A DNA stretch of 64,000 nucleotides, from positions 64,001 through 128,000 of the forward strand of contig CAWBQK010000006.1 of assembly GCA_963791045.1 (NCBI GenBank), given 5' to 3'. Positions 30,199-40,913 of this stretch are shown here, in pieces. Source of the stretch: Candidatus Latescibacterota bacterium. Lineage in GTDB: Bacteria; Krumholzibacteriota; Krumholzibacteriia; WVZY01. The notes below the pieces were generated by a model that saw only the letters and a list, made by a program, of their open reading frames with translations, was not told where the DNA came from and did no database searches. Made by a program: the position numbers and the translations under genes. Position 1 is the first letter of the stretch. Every line of letters begins with the position of its first letter.

Positions 30199-32136
30199 TC
30201 AATCCTTTATCGAAAATTCTGCAATGACTGGCAAATGGTCTGAGGCTGGAGTTTGAAGTACCTCGATCTTACTGACTTCCAAGTCCGGGCTGTGCCACAA
30301 GAAATCTATCCGTTCATCAGGTTGTGTGGCATAGTAGGTGAAGCCATCTCCAGCGCCTGACTTCGCCCAGGAATCTACCAGACCAGTCCTGGCGATCAAT
30401 TCCATTTCGGCTGAATCCGGACCAGCATTTAGATCACCCATCAATATGGTTTGCCCACGGCCGTCCCAGAAATCCAGGATCACTGGCACCTGAATTTGGC
30501 GGACCTGACTATCTGCGACAATATGATGAAGGTGAGTTACGATTACCAGCAGTGGTTCAGCTTCTCCCACATCTATGGTTGCCCACAGGTATCCCCGTTT
30601 GATAAGAGTGCCATCATCAGGCAGCTCGCCCATTCCTGATTCTATGATCGGATATCGTGAAAGCAAGGCATTACCCCAGGTTGGTTCTCCAGTTCCCAGG
30701 AAGAGGACTTGCATATCTAGTCGTCTGGAGAGCCATGAGGTCATATCAACAGCACCATCCATCAGTCGGACTCTGGAAACTTCCTGAAGCCCGATAACAT
30801 CCGCCCCGGAATTCTCGATCACCCGGGCAATAGCATCGAAATCCTGGCGTCCAGACACGTCATATCCGGAATGAATATTGTAGGTCATTACCTTTACAGG
30901 GAGACCTTCTGACTGGGATGGGATTGGAAGAGGTCCCCAATAGATCCAGCATATTATTGGGATCAGTACCAGGATCCCCGCCAAAATGGTTCCCGAATGA
31001 TCCCAGATTTTGTTGGGTTTATCCCTGTTCTGGAACGCGCCTGCGGTGATGAGAATGCCGAGGATCCCGGCAGCGATAGCCGGGAAACTGTCCCGCGGAA
31101 TTGGCAATGCTATGTCCAGCGCCAGATAAAAAGCAAATGACAGTGCTAAGAATAGGACCATTCCACCGGTGGTTGCCAGGGTTGTCCGCCAAATTCCTGG
31201 CTTTGATCCAAGATCATTATTTAATCCAATACCTGCCAGGCCCCAGCCGAGGAAAAACTGCCCAACAAGGAGAGTTAGTATAGCAAATCCTGCTAAATGG
31301 TTAGCATTGAAGAGTGCTATAACCAGCAGGATCCCTAAACCTAATGCAAGCAACGGGTGCAAGAGTCTGGGATTGGAGTAGCCTAATCCTAACCCGCGGG
31401 CTGCAACCAGATACCCCAACATAATAATAATAAATCCTATAGGAAATCCTAATCCGGCCACTTCTTCCAGCCACCCCGAACTTTGGAAATAAAGTAACTG
31501 TAAGACCATGTATGAACCGATAACCATTAATCCCAAGCTGAACTTACCCTCTGAATCAAAATTCAACTCCTGGGTTAGTTCGTTCTCCCGGATCAGAGCA
31601 ATGAATATCAAACTGGCAATGATGAGGATGATAGCCAGGGGTAAAAATCCAGTAACAGTGCTTAGATCGCGAGGACCAAAAATACCCTTTAGTCCTGTAT
31701 CTATGGCGAACCCCAGGACCAGACCGTAGGTCCAGCGTCCAGATGAGCTAGTTTTTGATTCCCGGGTGTAGCCAATGAATATAGCAATAAAATTGAGGAA
31801 TAATCCGATCCCAGCGATGTTGAGCCAGAGATCGATCCCAGGTTTGCTGTTGATCTGCTCAAGGATCCTCAATAAGGACAACCCGCCAGCAGTGATCCAG
31901 AGAGCTTTTTTTGTTCCCGCGATGCGACGAAGCAGAGGTGCTAGAAAACCAAGGGCAAAGGTGCCAAAAGCGTAAGGTATCAAGCTTAATGTTCCTACAG
32001 CAACAGTATCCCGTAGGTACCAGGCTAAACCAGGAATAAAGGACCTCATGAATTGGAGGCCAAAGGTGATTACCAGGACGGGGAGGGAATAAGAGCGAAT
32101 CTGGGTTGCGATCCTTGAATAATATGACTGTTCCAT
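30199..32136 (-). CDS. Multi-pass membrane protein with C-terminal EEP (endonuclease/exonuclease/phosphatase) domain
   Basis: About 12 TM helices then MTYNIH, GLQEV, GDLN, RIDF, SDHLP. Confidence 0.88.
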   Translation of the reverse strand: MEQSYYSRIATQIRSYSLPVLVITFGLQFMRSFIPGLAWYLRDTVAVGTLSLIPYAFGTFALGFLAPLLRRIAGTKKALWITAGGLSLLRILEQINSKPGIDLWLNIAGIGLFLNFIAIFIGYTRESKTSSSGRWTYGLVLGFAIDTGLKGIFGPRDLSTVTGFLPLAIILIIASLIFIALIRENELTQELNFDSEGKFSLGLMVIGSYMVLQLLYFQSSGWLEEVAGLGFPIGFIIIMLGYLVAARGLGLGYSNPRLLHPLLALGLGILLVIALFNANHLAGFAILTLLVGQFFLGWGLAGIGLNNDLGSKPGIWRTTLATTGGMVLFLALSFAFYLALDIALPIPRDSFPAIAAGILGILITAGAFQNRDKPNKIWDHSGTILAGILVLIPIICWIYWGPLPIPSQSEGLPVKVMTYNIHSGYDVSGRQDFDAIARVIENSGADVIGLQEVSRVRLMDGAVDMTSWLSRRLDMQVLFLGTGEPTWGNALLSRYPIIESGMGELPDDGTLIKRGYLWATIDVGEAEPLLVIVTHLHHIVADSQVRQIQVPVILDFWDGRGQTILMGDLNAGPDSAEMELIARTGLVDSWAKSGAGDGFTYYATQPDERIDFLWHSPDLEVSKIEVLQTPASDHLPVIAEFSIKD

Positions 32137-32392
32137 CTAAAACTCCCTGATAAATAACTGCAGTTTCGAATATCTGGTCATGAAGACAGAGTGACTGAGC
32201 ATCTTTGCATTGTTCAATGAGAGGTAGCTATATTGAAAATTAAAAAAGGAAGAAAAAAACTATATTTATAATAGCATATCAAAAATTTTATTACAATTAG
32301 CACCAAATATCCATTGAGATATAAAAATTTGTTAGTAATCTTATTAACCAAAACTTGGTAGAATAGGCAGTATTGATTTATGAGGAGAAGGA

Positions 32393-34416
32393 ATGATCTC
32401 GGAAAAAAAATCCAAGTCATCTGATGAGCGGCTGCTAGTGAGCGTTCTATTTGTGGATATTATTGGTTTTTCATCCATGGCGGATCAGCTCAAGCCGGAA
32501 CAGATCAGTTCGGTTACTGGAGATTTATGGGGTGAAATCAACCAGATCATCAAGGAACATGGTGGTTTGATTGTCAACCAACTGGGAGATTCGCTGATGG
32601 TGATCTGGGGAGCACCTGAATCCCAGGAAGATGATACTGAAAAAGCAGTGTTTGCTAGCCTGGCATTAATGGACGGACTCAATCGTTATCAAGAATCAAC
32701 TAAGCATCCGGCAGCAAAATCCCTCCGTTTGAGGATGGGTATCCACACCGGGCTGGCTCTGGTTGGTAATGTTGGCGCGCGCGGTGATTTCACAGTGCTT
32801 GGTGATACAGTTAAAATTGCTAAAAGCATGGAAGAATGTGGCCGGCCGGGTGACTTGGTTGTCAGTGAAGCAACTTTCCAGAATATCAGGGGAGCGTTTC
32901 AGGTCAAACGCCTGGCCCCGATCCAACTCGTGGATACAAAAGCTCTCGTGAATACCTTTCAGATTATCGAAGAGCTTCCTCAACCAACCAAACTTCGGTA
33001 TCGCAGTAAAGGCGGCCTGGAAACAAACCTTGTTGGCCGTAGCGATGAGATGGATCATTTGGCTGACATATACCTAAACGTTCAGGAAAAGAACGAAACT
33101 CACCTGGCGCTGGTCACCGGTGCGGTTGGTGTAGGTAAATCACGTCTGTTATTTGAATTTGCGGGACATCTTGAAACTGAAAACCCACTCCTGACAGTGA
33201 TGTCCAGCAGAGCTCTCGAACAAACCTCCCGGATTCCTTACTATCTCTGGAAGGAACTTTGGTGCAATCGTTTTGAAATTAATGAAGACGATCCGCTAGA
33301 AGTCTCTCAAAAAAAGACTATTGATGGTGTCCTGACTCTATGGGGCAGGGCGCTTGGAGAAGTAACGGCAATAGAAGCTGCTCATTTCCTGGGCAGTTTA
33401 ATCGGAGTGAATTGGGCGAAAAGTCGCTATCTGGATTCTTATCAAACCAAACCCAAAGAAAGGGTAGAAAGAGCTTTTGAATTGATGGGAGAACTGCTGG
33501 TTCGGGCTTCGCAGCGGGGTCCATTGGTATTGATATTGGATGATCTTCATTGGGCGGACCCTGGCAGCTTGAAATTGATAAACATCTTTGGGGAACAAAT
33601 GGTCAAGCCTTGCCGCTCTTATTGCTAACCAGTGCCAGAGAGGATTTCCTGGATGAGGGTGGGTCCGATTTCTTGAGCGCAGACCGCATCGAATTACAGG
33701 CATTGCCAATTTCTGCTGATCTTGTGCGGGAAGCCTATCCAATATTGAAGAAAGAGCCTGAAAATGTATTGATCGCCCTTGCAAGAAAATCTCAAGGGAA
33801 TCCTTATCATCTTGAGGAGATGATTAAAAAATTGCTAGAGGTGGGAGAATTAAATGAGGCCAATGTCAATAAACTACCACAAACATTGGATGGTCTGTTG
33901 CGATCACGTTTGGATTCTCTATCTCTTGAAGGCCGGGCGACAGCTTATTTTGCCGCCGTATCTGGAAGAGTATTTTGGAAAGGCTCTGTCCTGGCAGCCT
34001 ATCGGGGCGCACCTGGCGTGACTCAGGTTTTAGATGTTTCAAGTCATAACCTGGTAGGCAAAGTACAGAAATCCCTGGACGAATTGATGGAAAAAGAACT
34101 GGCTTTTTTGAGGGTGGGAAGCTCATTCTCAGGTGATCGGGAATACATATTCAAGCATTCATATCTGAGGGAAGTAGCCTATCAACGATTGCCGGATGAC
34201 TTGAAAGAAGCATGTCATCATGCGGTGGCAACCTGGTTGGCTGATAGGATTGGACCTGAGAGAAGCATCAGTGTGGCCTATCATTTTGAAAAAGCCAGGG
34301 TCTTTGATCGCGCCCAGGAGTTTTATACCAGGGCTGCAGATTATGCCAGAGAATTAGGAAGTATTGAAGAGGCGGATGATATCCAGTATCATGCCCGCAC
34401 CTTGCCGAATGAGTAA
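32393..34416 (+). CDS. Class III cyclase-like domain + AAA/STAND ATPase + short TPR; frameshift near 33590
   Basis: VLFVDIIGFS, LGD, RMGIHTG; Walker A GAVGVGKS, Walker B LILDDLHWAD; GNPYHLEE, YIFKHSYLREVAY. Confidence 0.88.
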
Positions 34417-34426
34417 ATGGGGGTAA

Positions 34427-36385
34427 ATGATGTCAAAAATCTATTTGGAAGATATTCCCCTGGATGAAGCCAGGAATCGATTACAAGAGAAAATCAAAGC
34501 TGCCGGTTTGTGGAAGCTTCTTGAGGTAGAAACCTTGGGGCTGGATGAAAATCTAGTAGGAAGGATGCTGGCAAGAACATTGTGGGCTAAGATCAACTCG
34601 CCGCATTATAACGGTTCAGCGATGGATGGTTTTGCTGTTAAATCAGAGCTAACACACGGCGCTCTGGAAACAGCTCCGGTCTCACTTCAATTTGGCAAGG
34701 ATGCTATTTATTTGGACACCGGCGACCCGCTGCCCGAATGGGCTGATGCAGTGATTCCCATAGAAAATATTGAAGCATTAAACGAAAACGGTGAAGCAGC
34801 CAAAGACTCCCGCCAGCCCAGCTCTATCCAGATCAGAGCAGCTGTCTCCCCCTGGACCCATGTCCGTGAAATGGGTGAGGATATGGTTGCAACCCAATTG
34901 GTATTGCCGCAAGGACATAAGCTAAAACCTGTAGATCTGGGGGCTGCAGCAGGAGCAGGTTATGATTCTCTGGATGTAGCCCGCAAGCCAAAAGTTGCTG
35001 TGATCCCTACAGGAACAGAGCTGGTGTATCCGGGAGATCCGCTTCAGGCAGGAGATATCATTGAATATAACTCAATCGTGCTGGCTGCACAGGTTAAAGA
35101 ATGGGGTGGAGAAGCCACCCGGATTCCGAACGTCCCAGATGATTATGACCGAATCAAATCAGAAGTAATAAAAGCAGCTCAAGAGCATGACCTGGTATTG
35201 CTTGTGGCGGGTTCTTCAGCGGGCTCAGAAGATTTCTCGGCCCGGATTGTGGACGAGTGTGGAGAGCTGCTCGTGCATGGTGTGGCAGTGAGACCCGGCC
35301 ATCCTGTCATCCTGGGGATGATAAAAGGGGAGGGGAAAGAGACGCCAATTGTTGGGGTGCCGGGTTATCCTGTTTCTGCAGCCCTGACAGCAGAGATATT
35401 TGTGGAACCATTATTGGCAAACTGGTTAGGCCGGGTACCGACAAAACCAGAAGAACTTACTGCCTCAATTACAAGAAAAGTAAACTCTCCAGCTGGAGAT
35501 GATGAATATTTGCGAGTGGCAGTTGGATACCTGGGGGATAAAGCTCTGGCAGCGCCTCTTTCCCGGGGATCTGGCGTGATCACATCCCTGGTCAGAGCTG
35601 ACGGCTTGGTGGTCATCCCACGTGGCGTGCAGGGTTTACAGGCTGGTGCTGAGGTCAAGGTTCGTTTATATCGCTCGCGTGATGAATTATATAATACGAT
35701 ATTTGTGATTGGATCCCATGATTTGACCCTGGACCTGCTGGCCCAGTTCCTATCTCCTCTCGAGCGCAGACTGGCATCGGTGAATGTTGGCAGCCTGGGC
35801 GGTATTATGGCTCTAAAACGGGGAGAAACCCACCTGGCAGGCTCTCACTTGCTGGATCCTGAGAGCGGAGAATACAATCTTACTTATATCAGGCAGCATA
35901 TTCCTGAAATTCCTTTGCGTGTAGTAACATTAGTGGGGCGCACCCAGGGATTGTTCCTGGCCAAAGGAAATCCTAAAAAAATCCAGGGATTGGAGGATTT
36001 GAACCGCCAGGACCTCAGTTTTGTGAACCGCCAGCATGGGGCTGGAACCCGTTTATTGCTTGATTACCACCTGGAGGAGCTGGGCATTTCACATGATAAT
36101 ATCAGAGGTTACTCGCATGAAGAATATACTCACCTGGGTGCAGCAGCTGTGGTGGCTTCTGGAAGGGCAGATTGTGCCCTAGGTATTGAAGCAGCTTCAT
36201 TCGCATTGGATCTTGATTTTTTGCCCCTATATTCTGAGCGATATGATCTTTTGATTCCGGAAAAGTATGCCCAAACAGAGTTGTTGAATCCTTTGCTGGA
36301 TTTATTAGAAGATCCTATATTCAGAAAAGCTGTTGCGGAACGACCAGGATATGATGTCTCGGAAATGGGTAAGATTGTTAAATAG
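34427..36385 (+). CDS. moeA: Molybdopterin molybdotransferase MoeA fused to a PBP (LysR-substrate-like) domain
   Basis: SAMDGFAV, TGTEL, AVRPGHP, GVPGYPVSA; C-terminal GSHD, VGSLGG, NRQHGAGTR. Confidence 0.93.
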   Translation: MMSKIYLEDIPLDEARNRLQEKIKAAGLWKLLEVETLGLDENLVGRMLARTLWAKINSPHYNGSAMDGFAVKSELTHGALETAPVSLQFGKDAIYLDTGDPLPEWADAVIPIENIEALNENGEAAKDSRQPSSIQIRAAVSPWTHVREMGEDMVATQLVLPQGHKLKPVDLGAAAGAGYDSLDVARKPKVAVIPTGTELVYPGDPLQAGDIIEYNSIVLAAQVKEWGGEATRIPNVPDDYDRIKSEVIKAAQEHDLVLLVAGSSAGSEDFSARIVDECGELLVHGVAVRPGHPVILGMIKGEGKETPIVGVPGYPVSAALTAEIFVEPLLANWLGRVPTKPEELTASITRKVNSPAGDDEYLRVAVGYLGDKALAAPLSRGSGVITSLVRADGLVVIPRGVQGLQAGAEVKVRLYRSRDELYNTIFVIGSHDLTLDLLAQFLSPLERRLASVNVGSLGGIMALKRGETHLAGSHLLDPESGEYNLTYIRQHIPEIPLRVVTLVGRTQGLFLAKGNPKKIQGLEDLNRQDLSFVNRQHGAGTRLLLDYHLEELGISHDNIRGYSHEEYTHLGAAAVVASGRADCALGIEAASFALDLDFLPLYSERYDLLIPEKYAQTELLNPLLDLLEDPIFRKAVAERPGYDVSEMGKIVK

Positions 36386-36472
36386 TTGCTTGATCATCCT
36401 CCGGATGATATTCAATAACAGAGAGGTGGGTAATTCAATCTTTTTCTTCACAAATATTCAATCTCGTCTATA

Positions 36473-37726
36473 ATGGTGTTGAAAAATTTCAAGTTCTTTA
36501 AATGTTGGAGGAAGGACGATGGCTGTATTAAAAGAAATAAAGGTGTGATAGGTATCCTGACTGGTGGCGGAGACGTACCTGGACTCAATCCGGCAATCCG
36601 GGCTGTGACCATCCGGGCATTAAGGGAAGGCTATCAAGTGATTGGTTTGCGGCGGGGCTGGGCTGGAATAATGGAACTCATCCGTGACAAGAAAGCTGAT
36701 AACCAGTTTAATTTTGAAATCCTGACCGAAGAGCGTGTCAATAAAATGGGTCGCACAGGTGGAACTTTTTTGCACACATCCCGAACACGTCCCAGTAATG
36801 TATCCAAGGATTCAGTTCCAATACACCTGAGAGATGTATACACAGAAGAGGTGAACGATCTCACTCCAGAAGTTGTTAAAAACCTTGAATGGCTGGGAGT
36901 TGATTATTTGATCCCGATTGGTGGCGATGACACCCTCAGCTATGCAGTAGAGTTATACCGAAAGGGTGTGAATGTTGTGGGGATACCTAAAACAATGGAT
37001 AATGATGTGCCAGGAACAGATTACTGCATTGGATTCAGCACCGCAGTAACGCGGACGATCGAGATCGTAAATAACTTGCGCACGACTGCCGGCTCCCATG
37101 AACGTTTTCTGGTATTGGAGGTTTTTGGTCGCTATGCGGGATTTACCGCCATGCTTCCAACAATGGCCGGTGCTGCGAATCGTTGTGTGATCCCGGAATA
37201 TAGATTTGATATTGAACAATTAACAGAGTTATTGGCAGAAGACCGTTTCAAGAATCCCAGTCGCTACTCGATTGTCCTGGTGTCAGAAGGCGCTCTGTTC
37301 ACCGGTGAAGAGATGATCTTTGAAGATTCCATTGTTGACGCCTATGGTCATAAAAAATTGGGCGGTATAGGGGATTTGGTATCCGAAGAATTGAAAAATC
37401 GCTCGGCAAAATATAATGACGGGAAAAAGATCAATGTTGTTAACCAAAAGTTAGCTTACCTGGTTCGAGGTGGAAGCCCCGATGCCATTGATTCGATCGT
37501 TCCTATGGCGTATGGCAATCTGGCCTTGGATCTGATCCTGCAGGGCGTGCACGGGCGGTTGGTTGTGCTTAAGAATGGTCGATATGACAATATGCCAATT
37601 GAAGTCCTCTCCGGAAATAGCAAAGTAGTTGATGTAGAACGTTTCTACAACACTGAACGCCTGCGGCCGCATTATAAAAAGTTTGCTATGAAGCCTTTGT
37701 TCATTATGATGGCCGAGGATGGCTAG
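36473..37726 (+). CDS. 6-phosphofructokinase with PPi-dependent signature (true start probably ATG 36519 with an indel)
   Basis: ILTGGGDVPGLN, IGGDDT, PKTMDND, EVFGRYAG. Confidence 0.93.
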   Translation: MVLKNFKFFKCWRKDDGCIKRNKGVIGILTGGGDVPGLNPAIRAVTIRALREGYQVIGLRRGWAGIMELIRDKKADNQFNFEILTEERVNKMGRTGGTFLHTSRTRPSNVSKDSVPIHLRDVYTEEVNDLTPEVVKNLEWLGVDYLIPIGGDDTLSYAVELYRKGVNVVGIPKTMDNDVPGTDYCIGFSTAVTRTIEIVNNLRTTAGSHERFLVLEVFGRYAGFTAMLPTMAGAANRCVIPEYRFDIEQLTELLAEDRFKNPSRYSIVLVSEGALFTGEEMIFEDSIVDAYGHKKLGGIGDLVSEELKNRSAKYNDGKKINVVNQKLAYLVRGGSPDAIDSIVPMAYGNLALDLILQGVHGRLVVLKNGRYDNMPIEVLSGNSKVVDVERFYNTERLRPHYKKFAMKPLFIMMAEDG

Positions 37727-37789
37727 AGAGCGTTTCCAGTCAAATGCTGTTGTATAATGAAACCAGAACGGGAAATTATTTAGTTCATA

Positions 37790-38212
37790 TTGGAGGGTCA
37801 GGTGTTCTTTTTAGCCGGGAAAAACGAGAGGTTGGGTTATAAATGTTTCTGGGTCACACTGATCGGAATACCTATTGGCCTTATGGTCTGGTGGTTTTTG
37901 AGATGGTTCTTTTTACCAAGTGATGAACGAACCTCAGCGGTAGAAATCGAGGCTCCCCGCTCAGAAGCCAAGCGCTTACCTATCAAGAAAGATGATTTCC
38001 GAAAATTGAAAGGTGTCGGCCCCAAGAGTGCAGAAGCACTTTACCGGGCAAGAGTGTATTCCTTTGAGCAGTTGGGTTTGATGGATCTGGAAAAATTAGA
38101 AGGGATCTTGAAGAAAAATAATCTTCCCGCCTCTGGAGCGGCTTTTTGGCAGAAACAAGCTAGTTTGGCCGCCGCTGAAGAATGGAAGTTGTTCGAAAAA
38201 TTGCAGAAATAA
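37790..38212 (+). CDS. Small membrane-anchored helix-hairpin-helix protein
   Basis: N-terminal TM, DDFRKLKGVGPK HhH motif, W.KQASLAA. Confidence 0.75.
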   Translation: MEGQVFFLAGKNERLGYKCFWVTLIGIPIGLMVWWFLRWFFLPSDERTSAVEIEAPRSEAKRLPIKKDDFRKLKGVGPKSAEALYRARVYSFEQLGLMDLEKLEGILKKNNLPASGAAFWQKQASLAAAEEWKLFEKLQK

Positions 38213-38238
38213 ATAACACAAGCTGTAGATATAAACAT

Positions 38239-38276
38239 AAGGATACGGTTTCTTTAGGGAAAACGTATCCTTTTTT
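38239..38276. terminator. Intrinsic terminator between convergent genes
   Basis: AAGGATACG...CGTATCCTTTTTT. Confidence 0.75.
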
Positions 38277-38279
38277 ACT

Positions 38280-40856
38280 TTAACGAGAAACGGCTAACTT
38301 CACCATCTTTCCGGCTTTATCGAAAGTCACCCGGGCGTAATGACGATGAGTTGTTTTGCCTTTGTCTTGCGGCGTCTCATAACTCTTGCTCAAAGTTACC
38401 ACGTGGCGCTGCCCAAGGGTTTCCTCATGTACTTTACTGCCAAAATGAGCTGTAGCGCAATCATGACCATCTCCGCTGCAAACCTTCTTTTCTGTGCTTA
38501 GAACCATTTCTGCACCTTCCATACCCGGCAGATAACGTTTAACAACATGTTTTACGTGCATGAGCGTTGCAGATGGGATGTCTGTTGTGAGGTTAGCGCG
38601 ATCACAAACGGTTTTTACTTCCACCGGTTTGTGCCGCGGATCGGCCACAGGGGTTTTAGCCTGGACCCTTTCCGCAGTTGAAGGACTTGCCAGAGGATCA
38701 CCGAAGTGCAGGAAGGAAATTAGAGTTTTCTGGTCTTCGCCATCCAGATATCCCTGGCGAGAGTTCATCTCATGGGCCAGCTCGATCTTTGCTTTTTGCA
38801 AGGCAATTCCGCTTGAAAGGCCCAGATCAATAAACTTCCAGAAGTTCTCTGCTAGAAGATCAGCTGCAATCAGGGGAGAAGCTACAGAACCATACGCCGT
38901 TACTGAGGACCCTACTACAGCGTGAGATCCCCGGGAAAGATATTTCAGAGATATGGAGTCTTCGATTTCACGTCCTTTTAAATGGGCCCCATAACAAGCC
39001 TCTGAGAATACGAATAATGGAGCATCATCAAATGCGTTGATATCTTGAGGTCGGAGAGCGATCGGATAATCTGGACCGACGCTGCCGTTAGTGAAATCCT
39101 TCTGGCCAAACCAATTTGGAGAATCCTCAACACCGTGAAGGTTAAAGTATCCATAGCGTGTCACAGGCACGGGAATCTCACTATCTTTTCCATAAGGAGG
39201 GGAGGTGACCAGATCACCACGCTCCTTGATGGTTTTGAAGACATCCTGGGATGCGGATTTCCAGGCTTCGGCCACATAGCCAAAACTTCGATTGTGGTGG
39301 GCTTTACCTTTGAACAGGGAAGCCAACCAGTCTAGAAAACGTTCCCAGAGGTTTCTTGGATCCTGGATCTTCCCCATATGATGTTCAGAGATATGGCGAA
39401 GCATATCTAAAAGCAATCCAGGGTCGCTATCGGCCCCTCCAGGAAGACGGCCAACAGGCCACTCAGGGATGAAATAATTTTCATCGATAGTTCCATATGG
39501 GTTATCAGATGGAACTTCTGCATCAACATCAGCAACTGGATTTGGCAGTTTATGATAGGGGACTACATCGGGACCACCCACGATTAACAGAGCGCCTATC
39601 ATCAACCCTTTTTCATTCAATACCCGATCCGTATCTGCCAGGGCGAGTTTCAGGGCCCAGGGATCATCGGAAAGAGTAGGTTTGAGCCCAAAGTTAGCCA
39701 TACTAGAGGGATCATCTGCCAGCAGCATAATAGCACCCCAGCCTGGTTTTAATCGTACTGCATGGGTTGTCTTTCTCATTTCTGTGAGGATTATTGAAGC
39801 GGTTTCAGGACCATATTTATTTTCCAGCCCTTTCCGTGTGGAAAAAACAACATACATGGGGAATTTTCCGCCTTCCCGCTTGGCTTTTTTCTGGGTCGCA
39901 AACTCGAGGTCATCGTCAATATTGATCAATATTTCCGGGGTATGAATTCCTTTGGATTCCATGGTTTCACTGAAGTTATGGAACTCATTCAATTCAGGGC
40001 CTTTATCTTCAATGGAACCGGAAGTCAATTGGTTCCTGCCCAGAGCGCCATTTACAGCGGCCGGGATAGGGATTTCCATAAAAGTGCTTAGGATTTCTGG
40101 CCATAAATTTTTATAGGCGTGATTTTCTCCCCACAGGCGGCGCGCCACCTGTCCGGTAAGATCAAGTGAGGCAGCTTTGTGTATCAAGCCAACACCTTTA
40201 TCAGATTGTCCCCCTTTGATCAAGGAATCTGCCAGGACCAGAAGTGGTAAAAGAGCATTGGGAAATTTCCTTTGATAATGTTCTGCCAGTTGTCGCAAAG
40301 CCAGGTCAGGTGTTTCTGAATCCATGACAAGCAGTTCTAGATGTGTAGTAGCTGCCAAAGCTGATTTTGGGTCTAAACCCAATAGTTCCGGTAGATTTTT
40401 CGCAGCAGATTTGTGATCGCCCTTTTCTAGGTAGGCTTTAACTTTCGCTAGTGGGCGTGCCCAATCCGGGATATGTTTCTTAATCTCTGGATCACGGAAT
40501 AGCCGCTGATTGGGTGCCAATGCAAATAATTCACCTATGATTTCCTCTTTCATCTCCTCAGGATTATTGACCTCGAAGCGCACTTGCTGTGCTTCTTGAT
40601 AATCTGGATCGATCTGACAAATACTGTCAATCAGAGCAATAGCCTGATCGTTTTTAGCGGCGATTGCAGTAGCCTGGGCATGGATCAGCTGGACTGGTAG
40701 GTCACCAGGATAAATCGCCAACCAGGTTAATGTTGCTTTCCTGATAAAGTTATATTCATTTACAGCTGCCGCGACACCGAGAATTTCAATCAATTGGTCT
40801 CGCTGCCAGGGTTGTCCCTGACGGGGTGGAGTTTGAGGAGTTTTTTTCATAAGCAC
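38280..40856 (-). CDS. TPR-fused clan CD cysteine protease (peptidase C25/gingipain-like), no signal peptide
   Basis: LLIVGGPDVVP, PSDNPYG, WPVGRLPG; His-Cys dyad in FNLHG and FSEACYG; AVVGSS; LHFGDP. Confidence 0.8.
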   Translation of the reverse strand: MLMKKTPQTPPRQGQPWQRDQLIEILGVAAAVNEYNFIRKATLTWLAIYPGDLPVQLIHAQATAIAAKNDQAIALIDSICQIDPDYQEAQQVRFEVNNPEEMKEEIIGELFALAPNQRLFRDPEIKKHIPDWARPLAKVKAYLEKGDHKSAAKNLPELLGLDPKSALAATTHLELLVMDSETPDLALRQLAEHYQRKFPNALLPLLVLADSLIKGGQSDKGVGLIHKAASLDLTGQVARRLWGENHAYKNLWPEILSTFMEIPIPAAVNGALGRNQLTSGSIEDKGPELNEFHNFSETMESKGIHTPEILINIDDDLEFATQKKAKREGGKFPMYVVFSTRKGLENKYGPETASIILTEMRKTTHAVRLKPGWGAIMLLADDPSSMANFGLKPTLSDDPWALKLALADTDRVLNEKGLMIGALLIVGGPDVVPYHKLPNPVADVDAEVPSDNPYGTIDENYFIPEWPVGRLPGGADSDPGLLLDMLRHISEHHMGKIQDPRNLWERFLDWLASLFKGKAHHNRSFGYVAEAWKSASQDVFKTIKERGDLVTSPPYGKDSEIPVPVTRYGYFNLHGVEDSPNWFGQKDFTNGSVGPDYPIALRPQDINAFDDAPLFVFSEACYGAHLKGREIEDSISLKYLSRGSHAVVGSSVTAYGSVASPLIAADLLAENFWKFIDLGLSSGIALQKAKIELAHEMNSRQGYLDGEDQKTLISFLHFGDPLASPSTAERVQAKTPVADPRHKPVEVKTVCDRANLTTDIPSATLMHVKHVVKRYLPGMEGAEMVLSTEKKVCSGDGHDCATAHFGSKVHEETLGQRHVVTLSKSYETPQDKGKTTHRHYARVTFDKAGKMVKLAVSR

Positions 40857-40913
40857 ACATTCCGATGTGGACTAAATTTAGTGCAATTGGATCTTAGAAT
40901 TTGAATCAACTTA

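Noticed and set aside
11500-30200. Genomic islands at either tRNA
   Set aside because: No integrase, no clear duplicated tRNA 3' end, and the flanking genes are housekeeping
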